The notes beneath the pieces are model-generated. The model saw nothing but the letters and a program-made list of their open reading frames with translations, ran no database searches and had not been told where the DNA came from. DNA of 18,371 nucleotides. Origin: Candidatus Heimdallarchaeota archaeon. GTDB lineage: Archaea; Asgardarchaeota; Heimdallarchaeia; Heimdallarchaeales; Heimdallarchaeaceae. The stretch covers positions 1-18,371 of the forward strand of contig JAEOSZ010000076.1 in the NCBI GenBank assembly GCA_016840095.1, given 5' to 3'. The position numbers were made by a program, and so were the translations under genes. Every line of letters begins with the position of its first letter. Position 1 is the first letter of the stretch. Positions 6,452-15,990 of this stretch are shown piece by piece.

Positions 6452-7351
6452 ATGAGCACCGAGAACGAAGAAATTAGCCTTGACGAAAAAAGAGAGAATC
6501 TTACAACTCTTAGATTAAGACGCAAAGAGCTAATTGACCAACTTCATGAATTTAATAAAAAACGAAATGAACTTCGTAGTCAAAGAGACAAAAATAACAA
6601 ATTAGCTAGAGAACTCTTTGATGAAGCTCGTGTTTCTAAAGAAAAAAGAGATCAGATTAATGAAGAAGTTCAAGTTAGAAAACAAATGCGTGACATTTTA
6701 CGTGAAGATGCGGATAATATTGGGAAGCGAATAGTAGAACTTGGATCACAGATGAAAAATATGGGTGTTCCCAAGAACAGACGTGTGGGAGATCGAATTC
6801 GAAGACTTGAAAGACAACTAGAAACAACACCATTTTTGACTAAAGAGATGGAAAAACAAACCTTAACCCAACTCGAAGAGCTTAGTTCTGAGTTTGAAAA
6901 ATTGGAACAGTTTAAAGATTTAAGAAGTGAATTCCGAGAGATTCAGAATAAATTAAGACACATGCAAACTGAAATCAAAACCTATCATACAAGTGTCACA
7001 ACATTAGCTCAAGAATCACAAATTCATCAAGAAAAAATGCTTGAAGCAACAAAAAAAGCGAAGAAAATTAAAGAAGAAGCTGATGAATCTCATGCAGAAG
7101 TCATAGCTTTAAGTGCAACTATCAGTGGAATAAGAAAAGAACTTGATGGTTTAACAGGAGAAGTAAAGAAACTCTCTAGTGATCTTGGACATGAAATTCA
7201 AGCAGCAAGAAGAGCTAGGAAAACAGAAGCTAAGAAGGTAAGAGAGCAAAGGTTGGATTCAAAAGCTGAAGAGATTTTAGTCAGATACAAAGATGGTGAA
7301 TCTTTAACTTTGGATGAATTCAAAGTTCTCATGGAAAGAGGTCTAATTTAG
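6452..7351 (+). CDS. Conserved archaeal coiled-coil protein (COG1340-like)
   Basis: All-helical heptad pattern, 'LERQLETTPFLTKEMEK' and the characteristic C-terminus 'GESLTLDEFKVLMERGLI'. Confidence 0.8.
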   Translation: MSTENEEISLDEKRENLTTLRLRRKELIDQLHEFNKKRNELRSQRDKNNKLARELFDEARVSKEKRDQINEEVQVRKQMRDILREDADNIGKRIVELGSQMKNMGVPKNRRVGDRIRRLERQLETTPFLTKEMEKQTLTQLEELSSEFEKLEQFKDLRSEFREIQNKLRHMQTEIKTYHTSVTTLAQESQIHQEKMLEATKKAKKIKEEADESHAEVIALSATISGIRKELDGLTGEVKKLSSDLGHEIQAARRARKTEAKKVREQRLDSKAEEILVRYKDGESLTLDEFKVLMERGLI

Positions 7352-7473
7352 TTTTCCTAAAAATTTTCTACTTATTAGAAATTAATGTAGTTTTATATAA
7401 TAATACACGTTATACACAATTCTTAAAACAAGAGTATATGAATCCATTAAAAGCAATAAATGGTGTTCTTTAA

Positions 7474-7977
7474 GTGAAGCTACCTATTTGTGTTATCGAC
7501 GCACAGACAAATACATTGTGTAGAAAGTGTAAACAACTTTACAGAGAAGGAAAAATTTCAGATATCGATATCGATATCTCAAAAATCTTAACCGATGCTT
7601 CTCAATCAAACAAGGATTTGAAAGGCATATCTTTCTACTCATCATATGAACTCTCAGATGTTGTTATGATAATAACAAGAAAACAAGATGTTGCTATATT
7701 GTCTTCTCCTGAAATTCTTGATAAAATTAAACAAAATACACAGAAAGAAATTCGTTTTCTTGAAAAGACAAATAATCCAAAAAAATTAGTTGAAAGCTTA
7801 TTGGACCCAGTTCCAATAGTTAATGTAACAACTTTGTATCTCCCCCCTTTCAGTGATAAAGAATATAAAATTGAAATTGATAAAAAATTTAAAGATAAAC
7901 TTCCTATCCCTGAGGAAATTGTTGTTCAAACAGTTACTTCTGTATTAGATACACAAGCTTACATCGAATTTATATGA
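7474..7977 (+). CDS. NusA-like transcription elongation factor (archaeal NusA2 type, KH-fold)
   Basis: N-terminus 'MKLPICVIDAQTNTLCRKC...GKISDIDIDIS' typical of this family, and 'LLDPVPIVNVTTLYLP'. Confidence 0.8.
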   Translation: MKLPICVIDAQTNTLCRKCKQLYREGKISDIDIDISKILTDASQSNKDLKGISFYSSYELSDVVMIITRKQDVAILSSPEILDKIKQNTQKEIRFLEKTNNPKKLVESLLDPVPIVNVTTLYLPPFSDKEYKIEIDKKFKDKLPIPEEIVVQTVTSVLDTQAYIEFI

Positions 7978-8096
7978 CATGCAAAAACAAGATATAACAA
8001 AATGAGAGAGTTAAATGAAATTAGGAACTTTTTTCCTTTAAGTCATTCAGCATTCAATCGTTATTATTTTATACTCAAGTTACTTACAATGCTTGT

Positions 8097-8456
8097 ATGG
8101 GTTTCAAGTATAAGCAAGTTATTGTTGTTCGAACTGATTTGAAGATGTCTAAGGGAAAAACAGCTGTTCAGGTTGCACATGGTTCAGTTTCTGCATACGT
8201 AAAAGCAAAGAAATATTATCCGGATTGGGCTGACAATTGGTTTGGTGAAGGACAAAAGAAGATAACTGTTAAAGTAAGTTCTCAAGAGGAATTACATGAA
8301 TTAGCAGAAAAAGCTAGAAAACTAGATTTACCATATGCTATAATCAATGATGCGGGACTTACACAACTACCTCCAGGAACAACAACAGTAATTGGAATAG
8401 GTCCATCAAGATCTGAATTAATAGATAAAGTATCTGCAGATTTATCTTTGTTATAA
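8097..8456 (+). CDS. pth2: Peptidyl-tRNA hydrolase Pth2
   Basis: KQVIVVRTDLKMSKGK.AVQVAH, GQKKI, DAGLTQLPPGT.T.IGIGP. Confidence 0.97.
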   Translation: MGFKYKQVIVVRTDLKMSKGKTAVQVAHGSVSAYVKAKKYYPDWADNWFGEGQKKITVKVSSQEELHELAEKARKLDLPYAIINDAGLTQLPPGTTTVIGIGPSRSELIDKVSADLSLL

Positions 8457-8479
8457 ACCGTCTTAGGGAGAGACATCTT

Positions 8480-9724
8480 TTGAATACTGCCAGCTTGCTT
8501 GTACCTCCAATAACAAAGGGGAAGAGAGTAGATGGTCGAATTAAACAATTGCCAGAAGATTTCATTGTAAGTGAGAAAATTGATGATGAGCATATACTGA
8601 ATCCACGAGATGAATCTTATAACCTTCCAGGTAAGAAGGGTTTATTCCTTCATTTTGTACTTGTAAAGAATAATATTGATACATCTGTTGCACTGGATTG
8701 GATTGCTAATTTATGGAAGGTTAATCGAAACGATTTAAGTATTGCAGGAACTAAAGATAAAAGAGCTTTTACAGCTCAGAGAGTTTCACTTTGGGGAGTA
8801 AAAAAAAGATATGAAGAAGGAAAATTGAAAGAAATCAATCTTCCAAAAATCAAAACAAAGTCATTATGTTTTAGAATTAAAGACATTAGGCTTGGAGATT
8901 TACTTGGGAATGCATTTGATATAATTCTTAGAAATATTTCAACAGATTTGACAACTACACGGAGTGTTTTAGAAGATAAAATTCTGGAAATTAATGAAAT
9001 TGGTTACTTGCATAATAGTTTTGGTCAACAAAGGTTTGGAGATACTAGACCTATAACCCATTTAATAGGTGAAAAACTGCTTCTGGGGAAGGTCCAAGAA
9101 GCATTGAAAATCTATGTTGGAAAAAGTTACGGAACAGAATCTCAAGAAGCACTTGAAGCAAGAAGACTTTATTGGGAAACAGAAGATCCTCAAAAGGTTC
9201 TTGAAATAATACCAGACCAAATGCATATAGAAAAGAAAATATTACGATTTCTCCAAAAATTCAAAAACCATGAACGTGCATTTTTTTCTCTTCCTTTGCA
9301 ATTCCAAAAATTATTCATTCATGCTTACCAATCTTATATTTTCAATAAATATCTTAAAATTAGATATAATGAATACTCAAAAAACCTTAGTGCCCCAATT
9401 TCTGGAGAGAAGATAATTGAGAACATTGCTTACGCACCTCTAGTTGGTAGTAAGACAGAATTAGAAGGTCAATCTAAAGAGATCTATACTAGAATCCTTG
9501 AAGATGAAGAAGTATCTCTACAAGATTTCAACAGAAGCATTGCAATAAAACTAGGGTCACGAGGTTCTAACCGATCAGTAGGTATGAAAATAGATAAATT
9601 AGCAATTATCGAAGTCACAGATGATGAACTTAATGTTGGAAAAACTAAAGCAAGAGTAGGTTTTGAATTGCGAAAAGGGTCTTATGCAACTGAAGTTTTA
9701 AAGGAATTTTCTTATCAAGAATGA
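8480..9724 (+). CDS. truD: tRNA pseudouridine(13) synthase TruD
   Basis: IKQLPEDF.V.E, catalytic AGTKDKRA.T.Q, GDL.GN.F.I, N.FG.QRFG, HAYQSY.FN, GSYAT. Confidence 0.96.
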   Translation: MNTASLLVPPITKGKRVDGRIKQLPEDFIVSEKIDDEHILNPRDESYNLPGKKGLFLHFVLVKNNIDTSVALDWIANLWKVNRNDLSIAGTKDKRAFTAQRVSLWGVKKRYEEGKLKEINLPKIKTKSLCFRIKDIRLGDLLGNAFDIILRNISTDLTTTRSVLEDKILEINEIGYLHNSFGQQRFGDTRPITHLIGEKLLLGKVQEALKIYVGKSYGTESQEALEARRLYWETEDPQKVLEIIPDQMHIEKKILRFLQKFKNHERAFFSLPLQFQKLFIHAYQSYIFNKYLKIRYNEYSKNLSAPISGEKIIENIAYAPLVGSKTELEGQSKEIYTRILEDEEVSLQDFNRSIAIKLGSRGSNRSVGMKIDKLAIIEVTDDELNVGKTKARVGFELRKGSYATEVLKEFSYQE

Positions 9725-9758
9725 TTCTAGAAATAGAATCAGTTAAACGATAAATACA

Positions 9759-10211
9759 TCACACATTTCTAACCATAAGGAAAGCATCTGAATTATCTTG
9801 GTAATATTTTCTGATTCGTGATACAATTTCAAATCCTGTTTCCTCATACAATTTTATCGCTCCTTCATTATCAACATTGACCTCAAGTTTTGTGCTGTTA
9901 AAACCCAATAAAGACGATCTTTCGAGGAAATGCAAAAGAACTCTCTTACCAAAACCTAAACTTCGATAATTTTCGATAACTGCGATTGATAGAATATGTG
10001 TTTGTTTTTCTACACCAGTATATCCTCCAAGCAAAAATCCAACCATCTCCCTTTTGTATTCAATAATAAAACACAATTCTGGTGCAGCAAAATAGATATT
10101 TGTTATTAGTGCTTCACCAAAAGGGTATGGAAAACTCTTTCTTTCTATTTCATAAACCTCTTGAATATCTTCTTTTCTCATGTGTCTAATGTAGGGAGAT
10201 TTATCATTCAT
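9759..10211 (-). CDS. GNAT N-terminal acetyltransferase (RimI/Ard1 family)
   Basis: IER.SFPYP, HILSIAV...YRSLGFG, LEV.VDN..AI.LY...GF, YYQD..DAFLM. Confidence 0.92.
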   Translation of the reverse strand: MNDKSPYIRHMRKEDIQEVYEIERKSFPYPFGEALITNIYFAAPELCFIIEYKREMVGFLLGGYTGVEKQTHILSIAVIENYRSLGFGKRVLLHFLERSSLLGFNSTKLEVNVDNEGAIKLYEETGFEIVSRIRKYYQDNSDAFLMVRNV

Positions 10212-10378
10212 TTATATCACAGATAGGATTTTGGTGTAATATTATCAAGTTTCATTTTAGTGAATTTTCTTGGTTTTATTGAACTACAAGAAGTGATTTT
10301 TTTACTTTTCTGAATAACCTAGTGTAAAATAAGTTTTAAATTGGGCAGGTCAATGTATTCATAATTAGAAAAAACTAG

Positions 10379-10816
10379 ATGAAGAAAATGAGTAAGAAAA
10401 GAGCTGCTGATTATGAGAGAGTGTTGGTAAACAGATTTTGGGATTTCGGATTTGCAGTAATGAGAGCTCCTTCTTCATCTGGAACAAGTAAAATGCCCAG
10501 ACCTGATGTCTTTGCAGGATCAGCTGAAAAAGGAATGCTGTTAGCAATTGAGATTAAAACAAGTCGTCAAGATGTTTTTTACATCCAACCTGAACAAATT
10601 CAAGGATTAACAGAATTTGCAGATAGATTAGGCGCTAAACCATATGTTGCTGTAAAATTTGTTGGTAAGAGAATGGATTTTCTCTTTCTCTCAGTTCCTG
10701 ACTCTTTAACACAGAGTAAAGGTGGAAGTTATAGAATAACTGTTGAAAATCTTAAATCAAAGGGGACTGATTTCTATTCCCTCATAAATGAAGAAGAACG
10801 CAAAGGTCAAAAATAA
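10379..10816 (+). CDS. hjc: Holliday junction resolvase Hjc (start possibly 10388)
   Basis: YER.LV......GFAVMRAPSS.G, PDVFAG, IEIK, EQI..L..FA, YVAVKF. Confidence 0.93.
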   Translation: MKKMSKKRAADYERVLVNRFWDFGFAVMRAPSSSGTSKMPRPDVFAGSAEKGMLLAIEIKTSRQDVFYIQPEQIQGLTEFADRLGAKPYVAVKFVGKRMDFLFLSVPDSLTQSKGGSYRITVENLKSKGTDFYSLINEEERKGQK

Positions 10817-10849
10817 CAAGTCTAAAATCAATCTGAAGTTGACAATGAA

Positions 10850-11938
10850 ATGAAGATACTAAAAAAAGACTACAAACATGGAATAATTGAACTTATCCCA
10901 GAGAACACAGATGACCTTTATGGTATCTATAGAATCTTAAAACCTGGAGATAAAGTTAGAGCTTCCACATCTAGAAGAGTAAGGAGAAAAGATGATGAAG
11001 GAAGAGCTGATACTGGTGAAAGAGTTAAAATGACTCTTGAGGTAGAAGTAGAAGAACTTGCATTTCATGGTTTTGGAGATAATTTGAGGTTCAAAGGAAC
11101 GGTAATTGATGGTCCAGATGACTTAATATCTCTTGGTTCCTATCACACCATTTCATTGTCGTTGATGGAAAAGATAAGGATTCTAAAAACTAACTGGGCA
11201 CCCATGGAGAAAAAGGTAATTGATGACATAGAAAAAGCATCGATGTTAGCTAAAATAATAATTGTTACAATCGAAGATAATAGTGTCTGTGTTGCACTTG
11301 TCACACAATTTTCAACAAAAATAATATCTGAATTTAGTTCAGCAGTTTCTGGCAAATATATGGAACCTCAACAACATTCAAGTGATATGGGACAATTTTT
11401 CCAAGATGTACTCCAATTGATACAAGACATTGTTAAACAACATGATACAAAAGTGATCATCTTAGCTGGTCCTGGTTTTACTCCTGAAAACTTCCATCAG
11501 TTTATTAAATCTAGAGATCAGCAACTATTTGAAAAAATAAGTTTGGTTCATGTTAGCACTGGAGGAAGAGTTGGTTTAAAAGAGGTTCTTTCTACAAAAC
11601 TTCCAGAGAAAATTGCTAATGAACAGCGTGTTGCTTATGAAACTCGATTAATCGACGAAGTATTGAAGAGATTAGGTCAAGATACTGGAAATGTAACTTA
11701 TGGTCTAGATAATGTTAAACGAGCTTTAGATATGGGTGCAATTGAAACATTGATGATTAGTGATGACCAAATTAGTATAGAAGACCTTGAAAAACGAAAA
11801 ACAATAGATGAGATGGTTGATGCTAATTCAAAAATGAGAGGAAAGACAGTAATTATGTCGATCAATCATGAATCAGGAGAGCAACTTTCAAAATTAGGTG
11901 GTCTTGCTGCTCTTCTACGATATCCTTTACCAGATTAA
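10850..11938 (+). CDS. pelA: mRNA surveillance / ribosome rescue protein Pelota (Dom34)
   Basis: PENTDDLY, GD.V.A.T.R, GSYHT, LAGPGF, YG...V..A..MGA..TL, HE.G.QL..LGGLAALLRYP. Confidence 0.96.
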   Translation: MKILKKDYKHGIIELIPENTDDLYGIYRILKPGDKVRASTSRRVRRKDDEGRADTGERVKMTLEVEVEELAFHGFGDNLRFKGTVIDGPDDLISLGSYHTISLSLMEKIRILKTNWAPMEKKVIDDIEKASMLAKIIIVTIEDNSVCVALVTQFSTKIISEFSSAVSGKYMEPQQHSSDMGQFFQDVLQLIQDIVKQHDTKVIILAGPGFTPENFHQFIKSRDQQLFEKISLVHVSTGGRVGLKEVLSTKLPEKIANEQRVAYETRLIDEVLKRLGQDTGNVTYGLDNVKRALDMGAIETLMISDDQISIEDLEKRKTIDEMVDANSKMRGKTVIMSINHESGEQLSKLGGLAALLRYPLPD

Positions 11939-13030
11939 TCACAATGGTTCTAAATAGGTGATAATTCCTTCAGGGTAGGGATATTGGTGTATAATCTCAA
12001 GTGTCAAATTAATATCGCTAAGTTTTGACTTTATATCATTACCTATTCGTTTTGCAACTAACCAGTTAAGAAATATAGTGTTGCTCATTTTGTCAATTTC
12101 ATAATCATCCAATTCAAAACCATAGTCTGAAACAAGTTTTTCTGTGACTGTTGAAATAAATTTGTTGTTATCAACTACTATCCTGGCGCGAACCAATAAA
12201 CCATCTTCTGTTATTTCATCAAAACGATTTGCGTATTTGTCAGCTCTTCTTAATAATCGATTCTTCAGTTGAGTGTTATCTTTGTATCTTGAAGAACAAT
12301 AATGAATAGCAATAACTGATTTCTTGAATTTTTGTAGAATTCCTATTGCTAATTCTTCACTTCCTTTTACAGCTGCACTAACACTACTTCTTACTAGATA
12401 ATTCATTTTTGTTAGAATTTCCACATTTGCTTCAGTTATCTCAAATTCATTTAGATTGACAAATTTCAATTTGTGATCAATTGCAAAATTTACAATCTCT
12501 AGTATCTCTTTCTCTTTATCCGGAATTACTGGAATTTCTATTCCAACTTCCCAATCAAAGGAAGTTGAATTCTTCAATGTCTCTTTCATTTTAGTAGTAA
12601 GTTTTAATCTTGGGGGATGAAATCTAATTTCATCCAATCCAGAGTTATAAAGAATTTTCATTTGGTCTAGACTCAGGGAATGTGATGTATAAAGATGACA
12701 ATGAAAATCTGCTCCAAAATGTTCTTTGAACCTACTAACGTAATCAGTAACTCTATCAATTGTTACAGCTGGATCTCCACCAGTTATACCTGCACCAAGT
12801 GCAGAAATCATCTCTGCTTCTTGTATTGCTTCATCAATCGAACTAATTTGTTGTTCATTTGCAAAGGTAATGTCTTGTCTTCTTTCTTTCATTATGGGAC
12901 AATAATAGCAATTAGAGTGACATTCTCCAGTAACAAACAAAACCAATTTCGCACCTAAAGAACAAAGTTGACAGCCTTTGATTGGTTTTCCAACTATCTT
13001 ATTTTCATGCCACTTGGAGATTTTTTTCAT
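11939..13030 (-). CDS. Radical SAM protein (COG2108-like, PFL-activating-enzyme related); start taken at ATG 13030
   Basis: GCQLC..GAKLVLFVTG.C...CYYCP (CxxxCxxC), GAGITGGDP, GLDEIRFHP, NLNEFE. The 19 codons upstream in the ORF track look like promoter DNA. Confidence 0.88.
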   Translation of the reverse strand: MKKISKWHENKIVGKPIKGCQLCSLGAKLVLFVTGECHSNCYYCPIMKERRQDITFANEQQISSIDEAIQEAEMISALGAGITGGDPAVTIDRVTDYVSRFKEHFGADFHCHLYTSHSLSLDQMKILYNSGLDEIRFHPPRLKLTTKMKETLKNSTSFDWEVGIEIPVIPDKEKEILEIVNFAIDHKLKFVNLNEFEITEANVEILTKMNYLVRSSVSAAVKGSEELAIGILQKFKKSVIAIHYCSSRYKDNTQLKNRLLRRADKYANRFDEITEDGLLVRARIVVDNNKFISTVTEKLVSDYGFELDDYEIDKMSNTIFLNWLVAKRIGNDIKSKLSDINLTLEIIHQYPYPEGIITYLEPL

Positions 13031-13146
13031 TCTTAAAAAATTAAAATTCTTTATAATAAAAAGTATCAGTTTGGGGAGAGATAGCATTTAATTACAAAAG
13101 AACAGTTTTTTATAGCAATTATTAGATTATAGTGAAAGGGTGAATC

Positions 13147-14337
13147 ATGCTTACAACTTTTCAAATTATCTTGTTTGTTCTAATTGGATTCTTACTCCTA
13201 TCGTATTTAGCTAATGTGCTAAACCTTCAAAAGTATGGAATACATATCTTGCCCTTTGGTATCATTTTTAGAACTAAGTTCTTCAACAAATTACTAGAAA
13301 AAATGGGAGAGAAGGGAAAGAAGTTCTGGAAAATTTTATACGATGTTGGCAAAGTCATAGCAGGTCTTATAACAATTGGTTTAATAGGATATTTTATTGT
13401 AAATCCATTCTTATTGATTTTCAAATCACCTGGTGGGATAGGCTTACAACTTCTAATTCCTGGAGTAACTATAGATTTCAAAATAGCACTATTATTCATT
13501 TTACCCATTTTAATTGTGCTTATCCCTCATGAGATTGCACATGCAGTGATGGCTCATAGGGAAGGAGTCAAAATCAAATCTTCTGGAATTTTCATTGTAC
13601 TTGTATTCTTTGGTGGATTTGTTGAATTAGCTAGAGAACAGATTGAAAAAGCAAAATTAAAAAGTAAAATAAGGATTTTTCTTAATGGTTCTGCAATTAA
13701 TGCAGTTTTTGCAGTGTTCTTTGTAGCTCTATATTTCTTATCACCATTGATTGTATCCATCGGTTATTCAAACCCAAGTGGAGTGTTAGTAACCAATGTT
13801 TATGATGATTATCCTGCCGATATTGTAGGGATTGCACGAGGTGATGTAATAACAACCATTGGAGCATACAATTCCTCAACAGGGCAAGTTACATATTACG
13901 ATATAAATAATATTGATGATTATCATAGGGCTCTTTCAGAGAATTTAGAATCTGATCTTTTATTTATAAGTTTCTTGGATAAACCTACGAGAGCCCTTGT
14001 ACCCACGACAGATGACCCATCATCTAAGAAAGATAGTAATGATAGAATTTTTCTTGGAATCAACATATACAATTATTATACACCAAAATCAGAAAGACAG
14101 TCAGAATGGTTCCCTTATTATTGGAATATTCAGATACTCTATACATTGAATATTAGTATAATGGCCGTATTTCTGAATCTTTTACCTTTAGTTTTAACTG
14201 ATGGAGATAAAATTCTCCATGCATATCTAATGAAAAGATATCCTGACAAACCTAAAGGTAAGAAAGTGTTAAATGTGGCTAGAATATTATCATTCTGTTT
14301 AATTATTGTTAACATCGTTTTATCAATGACATTATAG
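13147..14337 (+). CDS. Site-2 protease (M50 zinc metalloprotease) with PDZ-like insert
   Basis: Multiple TM segments, HEIAH zinc motif and NLLP...DG motif. 'GVLVTNV...YPA..VGI..GDVIT' is PDZ-like. GGGTGA SD. Confidence 0.92.
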   Translation: MLTTFQIILFVLIGFLLLSYLANVLNLQKYGIHILPFGIIFRTKFFNKLLEKMGEKGKKFWKILYDVGKVIAGLITIGLIGYFIVNPFLLIFKSPGGIGLQLLIPGVTIDFKIALLFILPILIVLIPHEIAHAVMAHREGVKIKSSGIFIVLVFFGGFVELAREQIEKAKLKSKIRIFLNGSAINAVFAVFFVALYFLSPLIVSIGYSNPSGVLVTNVYDDYPADIVGIARGDVITTIGAYNSSTGQVTYYDINNIDDYHRALSENLESDLLFISFLDKPTRALVPTTDDPSSKKDSNDRIFLGINIYNYYTPKSERQSEWFPYYWNIQILYTLNISIMAVFLNLLPLVLTDGDKILHAYLMKRYPDKPKGKKVLNVARILSFCLIIVNIVLSMTL

Positions 14338-15291
14338 GTGAAATCAATGAAATGTACTCTATGTGGAGGGCAAACTGTATATATCAGACAGTATGACAAA
14401 TTAGCACTTTGTAAGAGACATTTCAATGAACAAATGACGAAAAGAGTTCAAAAAACAATTACTAGATATAAGATGCTGGGGAGAAAAGATAGAATAGCTA
14501 TAGGCGTTTCAGGGGGAAAAGATAGTGTTGCTCTTCTAGATATTATGTCAAAGATAGAGAAGGATTTTCCAGAAAGTGAACTAGTAGCAATTATCATCGA
14601 TGAAGGAATAGAAAACTATCGAGAGGAGGGCTTATATTTCGCGAAAAAACATGCAAAAAGATTAGATATTGAGCACCATGTTTTTTCTTTCAAAAAGGAT
14701 TTTGGTTATGATCTTGATGATGTTATTGAGATTTTAGGAGAGAGAGGAAAAGATAGAGAATATGGAGCTTGCTCATACTGTGGTATTTTAAGAAGAAAGA
14801 TTTTGAATAAAGCTGCACAAAAAGTTGATGCTGATATTTTACTTACAGGTCATAATCTTGAGGATGAAGCAGAGACTATTCTGCTCAACATAATTAGAGG
14901 AGACATTACCCGTCTTGTGAGATTAGATCCAAAACCAAGAAAAATACATCACAGTTTAATCCCTCGTGCGAAACCTTTCCGTACAACACCACAGGCAGAA
15001 ATAGTGATGTATTGTTATCTAAATGATCTGGAATATCAGGAACTTCCTTGTCCTTATGCAGTAGAGGCATACAGAGGAGATGTTAGAGATTTCATTTTTA
15101 AAACTCAAGAAAAACAATCTATGTTATCATTCAATATAGTTAGAGGTTTAGATAAATTATTGAAAATGGTTACAGACGTTCCATCCGGCAACAAAATGCA
15201 GGATTGTTCAAAATGTGGTGATGCATCAGCAAGTAATCTGTGCAAAGCATGCTGGTTAAAGGATAAAATAGATATAATCCAAAAAATATAA
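14338..15291 (+). CDS. tRNA 2-thiolation protein, TtuA/Ncs6 (NcsA) family (start possibly 14347)
   Basis: N-terminal CxxC...CxxHF, PP-loop SGGKDS, DEGI..YR, CSYCG..RR, TGHNL.DEAET, CPY, C-terminal CxxC...CxxC. Confidence 0.92.
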   Translation: MKSMKCTLCGGQTVYIRQYDKLALCKRHFNEQMTKRVQKTITRYKMLGRKDRIAIGVSGGKDSVALLDIMSKIEKDFPESELVAIIIDEGIENYREEGLYFAKKHAKRLDIEHHVFSFKKDFGYDLDDVIEILGERGKDREYGACSYCGILRRKILNKAAQKVDADILLTGHNLEDEAETILLNIIRGDITRLVRLDPKPRKIHHSLIPRAKPFRTTPQAEIVMYCYLNDLEYQELPCPYAVEAYRGDVRDFIFKTQEKQSMLSFNIVRGLDKLLKMVTDVPSGNKMQDCSKCGDASASNLCKACWLKDKIDIIQKI

Positions 15292-15390
15292 TCGATTGTT
15301 CACTATTATGCACAGACGTTAAGAACAAGAGATATAAACTATTCTTTTTTCACTAATATAATTACTCAAATCAACTATGAGGAGATATGT

Positions 15391-15975
15391 ATGAGTGAAA
15401 CACTGAAAAATCTTGCAAAAGCATTCATTGGAGAGAGTCAAGCTAGAAATAGATACACAATGTATGCAAAAGTTGCACGAAAAGAAGGGTATGAACAAAT
15501 CGCCAATATTTTTCTTATTACAGCAGACAATGAAAGAGAACATGCTAAATGGAACTTCAGAATGATCCAAGAAGTCAAAAAGAAGTTAAAAATCAAAGAT
15601 GAAGCCATTCATGTTGAGGCTGAAGCACCATTAGTGCTGGATGATACCATTGCTAACCTCAAAGCTGCAATTGCAGGAGAACATTATGAATATACTATAA
15701 TGTATCCAGAATTTGCAGATGTCGCTGAAAATGAAGGTTTTCCAAAAATAGCAGATAGATTAAGAGCTATTGGAGAAGCAGAAGTACATCATGAAGAACG
15801 ATATAAGAAGCTTCTAGCACAAGTTGAAGGTAAAACTGTTTTCAAGAAAGATAACAAAGTTAGATGGGTTTGTCAGAAATGTGGTCATGTTCATGAAGGA
15901 GAACATCCTCCAGACAATTGTCCAAGCTGCAGCCACCCAAGTAAATATTACGAAATTCTATGTGAAACATACTAG
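15391..15975 (+). CDS. rbr: Rubrerythrin
   Basis: Diiron motifs [11 protein letters not shown]...IA..F..TA.NEREHA, GE.YE...MYP, E.HH, and a C-terminal rubredoxin domain W.CQKCG...CPSC.HP. GAGGAG SD. Confidence 0.96.
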   Translation: MSETLKNLAKAFIGESQARNRYTMYAKVARKEGYEQIANIFLITADNEREHAKWNFRMIQEVKKKLKIKDEAIHVEAEAPLVLDDTIANLKAAIAGEHYEYTIMYPEFADVAENEGFPKIADRLRAIGEAEVHHEERYKKLLAQVEGKTVFKKDNKVRWVCQKCGHVHEGEHPPDNCPSCSHPSKYYEILCETY

Positions 15976-15990
15976 TTTCACAATTTTTTC

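Noticed and set aside
7561-7578. GATATC x3 tandem palindrome
   Set aside because: It simply encodes DIDIDI within the NusA-like gene.
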